A DNA stretch of 32,084 nucleotides, taken from an uncultured Planctomycetaceae bacterium. Lineage in GTDB: Bacteria; Planctomycetota; Phycisphaerae; Sedimentisphaerales; UBA12454. The stretch lies in NCBI GenBank assembly GCA_964440045.1, contig CAYTQR010000004.1, forward strand, positions 1 to 32,084. Direction: 5' to 3'. Of the stretch, positions 1 through 7,737 are shown piece after piece. Each line of letters opens with the position of its first letter. The first letter of the stretch is position 1. The translations under genes were made by a program, and so were the position numbers. The notes beneath the pieces are model-generated. The model ran no database searches, had not been told where the DNA came from, and saw only the letters and a list, made by a program, of their open reading frames with translations.

Positions 1-277
<277 letters not shown>

Positions 278-351
278 TATCAATCATTGGTTGATATTTT
301 CGGTAGTATAAATGACGTAATCAAATCGAGATATCTACACTATAAATATTC

Positions 352-407
352 AGCCACAAAGGCACAAAGAAAAAAACAAAATTTTGTATTTTTGTGAATT
401 AGTGGCT
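352..407. repeat. Imperfect palindromic repeat (AGCCAC...CACAAAG / TTTTGTG...GTGGCT) in the 23S-5S spacer
   Basis: AGCCAC 352-357 pairs with GTGGCT 402-407, and CACAAAGA 363-370 with TTTTTGTG 389-396. A related left arm recurs at 603-630. Confidence 0.6.
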
Positions 408-448
408 ACAAGTTTGAATTTTTCAGGCTTTGCCTGAAAAAATAAACT

Positions 449-557
449 TCCTGGTGACCATACCAGCGGGGAAACGCCTGATCCCATTCCGAACTCAGAA
501 GCTAAGCTCGCTGGGCCGATGGTAGTCTTTCGAGGCGAGAGTAGGTTATCGCCAGGA
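449..557 (+). rRNA. rrf: 5S rRNA (short, ~109 nt)
   Basis: TCCTGGTGAC...GATCCCATTCCGAACTCAGAAGCTAAG...GCCGATGGTAGT...GAGAGTAGGTTATCGCCAGGA. Terminal stem TCCTGG/CCAGGA. Confidence 0.97.
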
Positions 558-561
558 TTAT

Positions 562-600
562 GAGCCTCGGTACTGAAAAGTGCCGAGGCTCTCCTTTTTT
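562..600 (+). terminator. Rho-independent terminator of the rRNA operon
   Basis: GAGCCTCGGTACT (562-574) / AGTGCCGAGGCTC (579-591) hairpin followed by TCCTTTTTT. Confidence 0.9.
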
Positions 601-602
601 AT

Positions 603-704
603 AGCCACAGAGTTCACAGAGGACACAGAGATACATAAAAATCCTAAGCACTAAACCCTAAATCCTAAACAAATCCTAATTATCAAAACTCAAATGCTCA
701 AAAC
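603..704 (+). repeat. Short tandem repeats: 3x CACAGAG at 9-nt period (603-630), then a degenerate AAATCCT heptamer run (639-704)
   Basis: agccacagagttcacagaggacacagag and aaatcctaagcactaaaccctaaatcctaaacaaatcct are seen directly. Confidence 0.7.
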
Positions 705-762
705 ATGTTATCGCCGGTGCTTTTGAAATATAATCCATTCATTAACAATGCTTAGTTTTTCA

Positions 763-790
763 TTGATTTTTAGCAATTGTCGGATATAAT
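763..790 (+). promoter_or_regulatory. Putative sigma70 promoter of the 837..2222 gene
   Basis: TTGATT (763-768), 16-bp spacer, perfect TATAAT (785-790). Purine-rich GAGAAGG precedes the ATG at 837. Confidence 0.55.
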
Positions 791-836
791 CTATAAGCAC
801 ATTATCATGCTCTATAAAATAGAGAAGGCAAATAGA

Positions 837-2222
837 ATGATAAGATTTGAATGCAGTTCCTGTGGCTATACCAAAGACATAGCCGACAAATATGCTAACA
901 AAAAAGTCCTCTGTCCCAAATGTAATGCCCCTAATCTTGTTCCAAATCAAAAATCCCCACAGGCGGAAAAAGCCAATAATATCATTAAAGTTCGCTGTCC
1001 ACAGTGCAATAAAAAGATTGGCGTAACGGCCGAGTATGCGGGACGCCGAGTAAGATGCGCCAACTGTAAAAGCCCTATTACAATTCCAATCCCTTCACAA
1101 CCACAAGACAGCACAGACAAAGTACAGTCTAAATCTGAAGCAAAGCAAGCTGACAAATCAACGCAACAGGCACCTGATAACATGTTCGCTGACACACAAG
1201 ATTTACTTAACATGGAACAGCAAGCGAAGACCGTCTATATGCCGGAATTGGCAAAGCCGTCGACGTCTGTTAAAGCGGAAAGAAAAACAGAAGGCAGTAT
1301 AAGCAGCGAAGCTGAGCCGGAAACAAAAAAGCGTAAAGAAAAACCTTCAAAAAAGAATATGTTAGTCGGTGCTGTAATAGCTGGGTGCGTGATAGTTGCT
1401 GCAGCTATCATGTTAATCGGATTTCCAAAAACCCTTAAAAAAGAAAAAGAATCCGCCATTAATCAAACTCAAATCACTGATGCTAATAACTTTGCATTAA
1501 AATGCCTCGGTATACTGGCAAAAGGCGAGGTAAATGATGTTTCTTTACTGCTTACGTCAGAACTGCAAGCCAAAGACGGCAAGACGATATTGAAGGAACT
1601 CTCTGAACAAATAAACAAAACCTGGACGGACAATTACACGGCAACAGAATCCCATGCTCAAGAAACCACTCAAGGCAATATCTACTGGTTTAACTATAAT
1701 CCTGAACTTAAGGAGTCACAGAACATTAGAGTATTTGTCCGGGATGACGTAAGCACTAAAGTGCTCGAGGGGATAGTATTGGCCGATTCTGAAAGTAATA
1801 GCTGGCCAATATTTTTGCAATCTGAACTCTGCATTAAGGCTCAGACAGAGGCTGTTTTCACTGTCGCGGCTCCATTTCTTAAATGGGGAATGAAGCTTTT
1901 TGCCATACTGTTAGTATTGAGTATCTTAACGGTTGTATCAATGGCAATTGTATTTTACAAAGCAGATGAGCCGGCGTGGGCAGTTATCATACCAATTTAC
2001 AACTGCTGGGTACTGGCAAGGGTTGGGGGCAGACCCGGCATATTAGGTCTTGCCTTATTTTTTGTGTCATTTGTTCCTTTGGTCGGACCAATTATTTCTA
2101 TAGCCTTAATGATTTATATCCATATTGGGGTAGCTCATAACTTCGGCCGGGGCATACTATTCGGACTCGGACTTTGTTTTCTATCCTTTATCTTCTGGCC
2201 CATCCTAGCCTTCTCAGCCTAA
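837..2222 (+). CDS. Membrane protein with two N-terminal zinc ribbons, a central TM helix and a C-terminal DUF5684-like multi-TM domain
   Basis: CSSC..CPKC and CPQC..CANC pairs, low-complexity linker, TM MLVGAVIAGCVIVAAAIMLIG, C-terminal KADEPAWAVIIPIYN...HNFGRGILFGLGL..FWPILAF. Start placed at ATG 837 (MIRFEC) because of the RBS; the ORF track starts at 777. Confidence 0.8.
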   Translation: MIRFECSSCGYTKDIADKYANKKVLCPKCNAPNLVPNQKSPQAEKANNIIKVRCPQCNKKIGVTAEYAGRRVRCANCKSPITIPIPSQPQDSTDKVQSKSEAKQADKSTQQAPDNMFADTQDLLNMEQQAKTVYMPELAKPSTSVKAERKTEGSISSEAEPETKKRKEKPSKKNMLVGAVIAGCVIVAAAIMLIGFPKTLKKEKESAINQTQITDANNFALKCLGILAKGEVNDVSLLLTSELQAKDGKTILKELSEQINKTWTDNYTATESHAQETTQGNIYWFNYNPELKESQNIRVFVRDDVSTKVLEGIVLADSESNSWPIFLQSELCIKAQTEAVFTVAAPFLKWGMKLFAILLVLSILTVVSMAIVFYKADEPAWAVIIPIYNCWVLARVGGRPGILGLALFFVSFVPLVGPIISIALMIYIHIGVAHNFGRGILFGLGLCFLSFIFWPILAFSA

Positions 2223-2258
2223 GCCTTGTATCTGAAAAAAGCTCCTCGCTAAAAATAC

Positions 2259-2345
2259 GTTATCGCCCCTTCTTCGCCCTGCGGGCTACGCAGGGCAGGC
2301 AGGATTATGAGCCCTGATACTTTACGATATCGGGGCTCTCCTTTT
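2259..2345 (+). repeat. Diverged duplicate of the 5S rRNA 3' end plus terminator, split by a ~33-nt REP-like hairpin
   Basis: GTTATCGC(C) 2259-2267 plus CAGGATTATGAGCC 2300-2313 matches 545-566. GGCTCTCCTTTT 2334-2345 matches 587-598. Confidence 0.85.
2309..2345 (+). terminator. Rho-independent terminator (paralog of the rRNA operon terminator)
   Basis: GAGCCCTGATA (2309-2319) / TATCGGGGCTC (2328-2338) stem followed by TCCTTTT. Confidence 0.75.
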
Positions 2346-2376
2346 GGGCTGAATTCCGCATGAAGACAGAAAAGTA

Positions 2377-2405
2377 TTGATGTGTAAAGGAATTATCATT
2401 ATATT
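2377..2405 (+). promoter_or_regulatory. Putative sigma70 promoter of the 2432..3673 gene
   Basis: TTGATG (2377-2382), 17-bp spacer, TATATT (2400-2405). RBS AAGGAG at 2421-2426. Confidence 0.5.
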
Positions 2406-2431
2406 CATATAAAAATTCAGAAGGAGATAAA

Positions 2432-3673
2432 ATGAAAATACTACATTGTATTTCAATTTTATGTGTTTTAACGTGCAGTTGCCATGCTGATTCGGAGCCG
2501 ATATTCGATGTAATGCTCGTACCATCCATAGCTGATAAGGAGCTGGATTTTTGGTATTATACAGCATCGGCTCATGGCCCTCATATCCCAAGCGTAAAGA
2601 AAGTCTATCAGGAACAGATGTTTATGCTCCTGATGTTTTCAAGGACATATCCGGTCGAATCACAAACTGAGGTGGATATAACCTATGATTTAAAAGTCAC
2701 ATCTCCGCAAAAAACGATTACACTGGAAGAGAAGAATATACCTTATTATAAAGGTAAGCACATATCTAAAGTATTTCATCCAAGTAATGTAATAGATGTA
2801 GGATTTGACAAAAAAGAATCTTTTGGGACGTATCATATCGAAGCTGTATATTATGAAAATGTTTCCAAACGAAGCTTTATCGCGACAGCTGAAATAGAAC
2901 TTGTTCCGTTCGAGCAGCCTAAATCTTTTGCTTCTAAGGAAGAATATGGCAAATGGGTAATGGAATATCATCTCAGGCCAGATCCTGTAAGGTCGTTTGC
3001 AGCCATATTATATTATATACAGCCGGACCCAAATTGGATCGAAGAAAACTACGCTACACTAGCATTTCACCGCCGGGTCTTTATGGACAATCCCTTTTTA
3101 TGGGAATATTACACTCAACTATATCAAACTGTTTCAGAAAACGACAAGAAAAAGATGCTGTTAGCTGCAGCAGTAGTTCCATCATCAAAAGAAAAGGAAA
3201 AGATGTTTGTTGAAAAAATTGAACCGGCCATGTTGTCATCTTACAAAGAATTTTCCAAAATTCGTATTCTAAATACAGATAAGGAGCTAACTACCGGGGT
3301 TCAGCTTGATATTTTGTGGGTAGAGTTTTTTGCCTCGGGGAAATATCAGCCTATCAAAAGACTGGTCAGTTCTTTAGCTCTGCAAAAACATATGGGTACT
3401 ATAGACAAAGTAAAAAATAACGAAATTAAAGAATTAACCAAAGAGGTTGAAGAAAAGGTCATGCTGGAAGCCGTCTACCGGTCTGCTATTTGGTCACTAA
3501 CTTCAAACTGCCTAAGCGACCGTCTGGTTCATCAGTATTGTCAGACAATATATGAACATGAATCTTTAAGCCCAGAAGTCAAGAAATCGCTTGCCACTGT
3601 TCTTGCTGTAGTAGAGGAAAAACAGCAGGAAGAAAAGAAAGAAAAAACACTTAAAAAGATTAAAATAAATTGA
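2432..3673 (+). CDS. Hypothetical exported protein (signal peptide)
   Basis: 413-aa ORF with a strong RBS and N-terminal MKILHCISILCVLTCSCHA signal-like segment. The C-terminal half looks helical (LDILWVEFFASG). No family recognised. Confidence 0.75.
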   Translation: MKILHCISILCVLTCSCHADSEPIFDVMLVPSIADKELDFWYYTASAHGPHIPSVKKVYQEQMFMLLMFSRTYPVESQTEVDITYDLKVTSPQKTITLEEKNIPYYKGKHISKVFHPSNVIDVGFDKKESFGTYHIEAVYYENVSKRSFIATAEIELVPFEQPKSFASKEEYGKWVMEYHLRPDPVRSFAAILYYIQPDPNWIEENYATLAFHRRVFMDNPFLWEYYTQLYQTVSENDKKKMLLAAAVVPSSKEKEKMFVEKIEPAMLSSYKEFSKIRILNTDKELTTGVQLDILWVEFFASGKYQPIKRLVSSLALQKHMGTIDKVKNNEIKELTKEVEEKVMLEAVYRSAIWSLTSNCLSDRLVHQYCQTIYEHESLSPEVKKSLATVLAVVEEKQQEEKKEKTLKKIKIN

Positions 3674-3683
3674 CGTTATCGCC

Positions 3684-4005
3684 CTACCTCTGACCCCGCC
3701 AAGGTGTTGGCGGGGCTAACCAAACCTGCCGTGAAACGGCAGCGGTGCGGGACAGGTGGCAGTTGCCTATTTAGTGCGGGACAGGCTGTTGCGGCTCTGT
3801 TTTTTATTTGTGTTATTATCCCTGCGCTATCGCTTGGGCTCTGTAGCGTCGCCGTCCGCCTTCGTTAAAACTTCGTCGAAACAAGCCGGCGACGGCTAAA
3901 CAACCCTGCCATCACAAAAAATAAACCCCGACCTCATGGGTCGGGGCTAAACAATGAAAACACTCGGTAAAACCACGACAGAACGGGACAGGCCGGGGGC
4001 TAAAT
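3684..4005. repeat. Cluster of GC-rich REP-like palindromes between convergent genes
   Basis: Hairpins at 3694-3715, 3726-3742, 3847-3894 and 3926-3946. GTGCGGGACAGG at 3745 and 3774, CGGGACAGG at 3984. GGCTAA follows the stems at 3714, 3894, 3945 and 3998. Confidence 0.75.
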
Positions 4006-4020
4006 ATTCTGTGGAATACC

Positions 4021-5157
4021 TTATTTTATAGCAATATTACAATAGTAATCTATCAATAATTTTGTGCAAATTTTTCTATCGAAGTAGTTTTCGATATCCA
4101 GCCGGGCGTTTTCGGCAAGTTCAATTCGCAGTTGCGGCTGCGTATATAATAGATTAAAGGCCTGGGCAAACTCGTCCGCTACTTTAGGTTCGGCGAGGAG
4201 GCCTGTTTGATTATGTTTTATGAGTGAATTTATGCCGGGGATATTCGAGGCTACGACAGCTCTTTTTGCGGCTGCTGCTTCAAGCAGTGAATAAGGCATT
4301 CCTTCATGCCAGCTGGGCAAAGTAACGATATTACAGGCTGCGTAGTATTGATGTATATCTGTTACATAACCGAGCGGGAAGATTGTCGCCGGGCAGGAGC
4401 CTTTTGATTTAACAATGTCGGTCAAATCACAGCCAGCGGTTAACAGGACCTTTTCAGCGGCCGGCTGCATTTGGCAGAAAATTTCCCAGGCCTTTAGCAG
4501 TGTATTAAATCCTTTACGTATGAAGGGTCTGCCAACATAAAGAACTACAAAGGCGTTTTGGGGGATATTAAGCTTTTGGCGTTGAGTGTTTTGTGCTGTA
4601 TCGCTGAATTTTTCGATTTTAAACTCATCAAGGTCAATCCCGCAAATTGAGCCGGAGCCAAGGCATAAGACTTTTTTTTCGGAGACGATTTTGTCTTCAA
4701 TCATTTTTTTTCTGATTGTTGGCGCAACCGTTAAAACATTCGTGGCCAGGAGGCAGTTTAAAAATTCGAGCAACCAAAGGCCCCATTTTTTCACTCCCCT
4801 ATGGCCGAGATATGGAGCGCCGTGGTTATGATAAATTCTAATCGGCACTTTGGCCAATAATGCGGAAAGCAACGGTATAAAAGAGGCACGGCTCTGGTGA
4901 GAGTGAATTGCCGAGGGTTTTACGGATTTTAACTGCAGAGTGAGGTTGAAGATATTCCTCACGGCTGCGAAAGGATTGGGGCTGATATCAAATTTTGCAA
5001 ACTGTTTGGGGCAGGTAATCGCGGAGGTGAAATCGGCCAATTGGCTTCTATTTTCGAGCCATAGTTCGGCACCGAAGCCTGCATTATTCAAAGCGTTTAC
5101 AAGCGGCTCAATGAAACGTTTGGCACTTACCGGATAATGGATAAAATGAATTATCAA
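4021..5157 (-). CDS. Glycosyltransferase family 4
   Basis: YVGR...RKG and LPSWHEGMPYSLLEAAA (EX7E) motifs. Confidence 0.9.
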   Translation of the reverse strand: MIIHFIHYPVSAKRFIEPLVNALNNAGFGAELWLENRSQLADFTSAITCPKQFAKFDISPNPFAAVRNIFNLTLQLKSVKPSAIHSHQSRASFIPLLSALLAKVPIRIYHNHGAPYLGHRGVKKWGLWLLEFLNCLLATNVLTVAPTIRKKMIEDKIVSEKKVLCLGSGSICGIDLDEFKIEKFSDTAQNTQRQKLNIPQNAFVVLYVGRPFIRKGFNTLLKAWEIFCQMQPAAEKVLLTAGCDLTDIVKSKGSCPATIFPLGYVTDIHQYYAACNIVTLPSWHEGMPYSLLEAAAAKRAVVASNIPGINSLIKHNQTGLLAEPKVADEFAQAFNLLYTQPQLRIELAENARLDIENYFDRKICTKLLIDYYCNIAIK

Positions 5158-5160
5158 TTT

Positions 5161-5922
5161 TTATACCTCGTTGCCATGCCGGCAACGGCTAAACAAGATT
5201 TTAAACAGAGAAACAATAAAACCGGCAAATAATCGAGGTGATTTTTGGATAAGGGTTTCTTTGAAAAGCTGGCTGGAATTTATAATAAAACATTCACGAG
5301 AGCCTTTGGCCTGGTCTGAATGCACCCTGTAATCAAGCAGGACATTCGGCAGGTTTGCAAATTTTATGTTTTTGTCCCTGCTTAATCTGAGCCATAAATC
5401 AACGTCCTGGCAGAATTTGTTTCCCTGATAACCACCGGCGTCGAGAATTGTTTTTCGTCTGAACATCACGGCCGGGTGACAGAAGCAAAATCGGAAAGGC
5501 AGCTTTCGGCGGATTTGTTTATCGGTTTGCGGCATTTGGACAATTTTATTTTTCTCTCCAAAAAACTCAAATGCCGAACCAAGTATATGGACATCCGGAT
5601 GAGAATCAAGGAATTCTACCTGGCGGGCAAGTCTTTGCGGTCTTGCGATATCGTCTGCATCCATCCGCGCTATATATTCGGCTTCTGTTCGGGCCATACC
5701 GAAATTGAGATTAAAGGATAATTGTTTAATAGGCGTTTGAAACGCTCTTATTCGCGTATCATCATAGGATTGTATGATTCCCCATGTTTTGTCCGTTGAA
5801 GCATTTTCGACGATGATAAACTCAAAATCCGTATAAGTTTGCGCGAGAATACTATCAATTGCCTCTTTTATATACCTTTGGCCGTTGTGGGCACATAAAA
5901 GCACAGCCACCTTAGCACTCAT
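5161..5922 (-). CDS. Glycosyltransferase family 2
   Basis: AIDSILAQTYTDFEFIIVENASTD, ARMDADD, HPAVMFRR, QDVDLW. Confidence 0.92.
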   Translation of the reverse strand: MSAKVAVLLCAHNGQRYIKEAIDSILAQTYTDFEFIIVENASTDKTWGIIQSYDDTRIRAFQTPIKQLSFNLNFGMARTEAEYIARMDADDIARPQRLARQVEFLDSHPDVHILGSAFEFFGEKNKIVQMPQTDKQIRRKLPFRFCFCHPAVMFRRKTILDAGGYQGNKFCQDVDLWLRLSRDKNIKFANLPNVLLDYRVHSDQAKGSRECFIINSSQLFKETLIQKSPRLFAGFIVSLFKILFSRCRHGNEV

Positions 5923-7054
5923 TTTTTACTCTCTCCAGCAATTTGGAATATTTATCAATAACACATTCGAGTGAATATTTATTTTTAATAGTTTCAATGG
6001 CTGAGTTGGAAATCGGGTCGGGCTGATTACTTTTGGCTTTTTCAATAGCCTCAAAAATACTGTCCGAATCGGTGTTTTTGGCGAGATAGCCGTTGACGCC
6101 GTCTGATATTACTTCGTTTATTCCAGTTACATCGGTGCCAACACATATAAGTCCGCAGGCCATAGCTTCAAGCAGACTTTTTGGAAGCGACTCGTGCAAT
6201 GACGGCAGAACAAAAAATCTGTATCTATTCATTATCTGCGGCAAAAGATTATTGGCTATCGTGCCCTTAAAGGTAAGTTTGGCACCGGTTTGCTGAGCAT
6301 AATGTTTAATGTCCTGCGTCAAAGTCCCGGAGCCGTATATATCAAGCTGCATATCGGCTTTCGCTGCGGCGGTTGTGAGATTAAATAAATTTTTCTCTTT
6401 GCTTATCCTGCCGACATAAAGTAATCTGTCCGGATATTTTTCGACTGAACTGTCAGGCTTGAATAAATTTATATCAACGAAGTTGGGTATAATAAAAACA
6501 TTTTTTTCTGCAACAGAGAATCTGTCTTTAATAAATTCGGCCTGGCTTTGCGTACTTACTACTGCAAAATCGGCATTTTCATAAGCAAAAACTTCAGCTT
6601 TTCTGATAAAGGTTTTTTTTAATACTGAAGTTTTTTGTGAATCTTTGAGTCGAGACCAAGTATAACCTGTTCGGACAATTAGAGGTTTTTTTGTGATTTT
6701 TTTTGTTAAAACAGCCGGCCAGCTTCCGGACATTTGATTAGTCATTAAGGCATCGACACTTTGCAGAAAATCTTTCATTAATCCGGGTATCAGCAGACTG
6801 TAGAGATATTTCCCGCAGGGTATGTTGAAAGACGTTGGGATTTGTATTACTTTGATATCATTATGCAGTTTACCCGCTTGCTTTAATTGTTCTGCAATTT
6901 TGTTATCTTCGGCGCCGTAAGTAAACCATAATACCTTTGATACTATTTCTTTTCGCAGAAGCTCTTCGTAAAGCAGTTTTTCCCTGTCAAACAGGCCGGT
7001 ATCGAGCCATTGTTCAAGAGAGAGACCGAAAGTAAAAAAAAGTGCGAGTTTCAT
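5912..7054 (-). CDS. Glycosyltransferase family 4
   Basis: YVGRISKEKN and LPSLHESLPKSLLEAMACG. ATG at 7054 overlaps the upstream stop. Confidence 0.9.
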   Translation of the reverse strand: MKLALFFTFGLSLEQWLDTGLFDREKLLYEELLRKEIVSKVLWFTYGAEDNKIAEQLKQAGKLHNDIKVIQIPTSFNIPCGKYLYSLLIPGLMKDFLQSVDALMTNQMSGSWPAVLTKKITKKPLIVRTGYTWSRLKDSQKTSVLKKTFIRKAEVFAYENADFAVVSTQSQAEFIKDRFSVAEKNVFIIPNFVDINLFKPDSSVEKYPDRLLYVGRISKEKNLFNLTTAAAKADMQLDIYGSGTLTQDIKHYAQQTGAKLTFKGTIANNLLPQIMNRYRFFVLPSLHESLPKSLLEAMACGLICVGTDVTGINEVISDGVNGYLAKNTDSDSIFEAIEKAKSNQPDPISNSAIETIKNKYSLECVIDKYSKLLERVKNEC

Positions 7055-7737
7055 AAGCACTGACAGAGGGCGTAGATTTCGCCAAATTCGATTTCCATCC
7101 GAACCAGCTTTATTTGTGCCTGGGCAAGTTCCGATACAAACTCATCATTGGTATATTCGATGCAGTGTGTCCGATCGAGACGGTATTCGATTCCAAGATT
7201 TTTTTTATAAACAGTAATCCAATCCCTTTGAAGTGTGGGAACTCGAATCAAAAATATCCTTTTTGTTTTTTCCGTCCAGTTGACGTTATGGACCAGCTTT
7301 TTCAACAAGCCTACTCTGTTTTCTATATGTTCGAGAAGATTCGACATTACAATACAATCTATGCCTCTTTCGGTTTTACAGTCGAAAGAATTAGCATCTG
7401 CACAGATATACTCAATATTGTCAGCGGGATTATTTTTGCGAGCTTTCCGTATTAAATCAGGATTTATATCTATGGCATAAACGAACGAGGCTCTTTGTGC
7501 AATTTTTCCTGCGAGTATCCCCGTATTGCATCCGATATCCATTATACACCAGCCCGGTTTAATGTTATCACAGAACCACTTTTCATAGTTGATTATAGAA
7601 TGTTTTGGATGAATGCCGTTGTCCAGTGCTATTGCAAACCGGCTAATCCACCTGTAACAAGCTGAATGGAGTGAAAGACAAGGTTTTAAAAATAACTTTG
7701 CAGTTATTTTATTTATTATTAGAGATTTCAGGAACAT
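7051..7737 (-). CDS. Class I SAM-dependent methyltransferase
   Basis: MDIGCNTG motif I, YAIDINP, SNLLEHI, IRVP. Confidence 0.85.
   Translation of the reverse strand: MFLKSLIINKITAKLFLKPCLSLHSACYRWISRFAIALDNGIHPKHSIINYEKWFCDNIKPGWCIMDIGCNTGILAGKIAQRASFVYAIDINPDLIRKARKNNPADNIEYICADANSFDCKTERGIDCIVMSNLLEHIENRVGLLKKLVHNVNWTEKTKRIFLIRVPTLQRDWITVYKKNLGIEYRLDRTHCIEYTNDEFVSELAQAQIKLVRMEIEFGEIYALCQCL

Noticed and set aside
278-448. tRNA in the 23S-5S spacer
   Set aside because: Only simple hairpins (277-297, 352-407, 420-440) are present, with no cloverleaf or T-loop motif.
603-704. CRISPR array
   Set aside because: The repeats are 7-9-nt periodic units with no unique spacers, and there are no cas genes.
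2216-2267. Classical integron attC site after the first cargo gene
   Set aside because: GCCTAAG and GTTATCG do not fit RYYYAAC/GTTRRRY, are not complementary, and enclose no L-box hairpin. No intI is in the window.
708-2971. Short minus-strand ORFs (708-950, 947-1213, 1235-1459, 2305-2529, 2322-2591, 2690-2971) as an integrase or excisionase for the cassettes
   Set aside because: They overlap the plus-strand genes or the terminator and carry no recombinase or HTH motifs.
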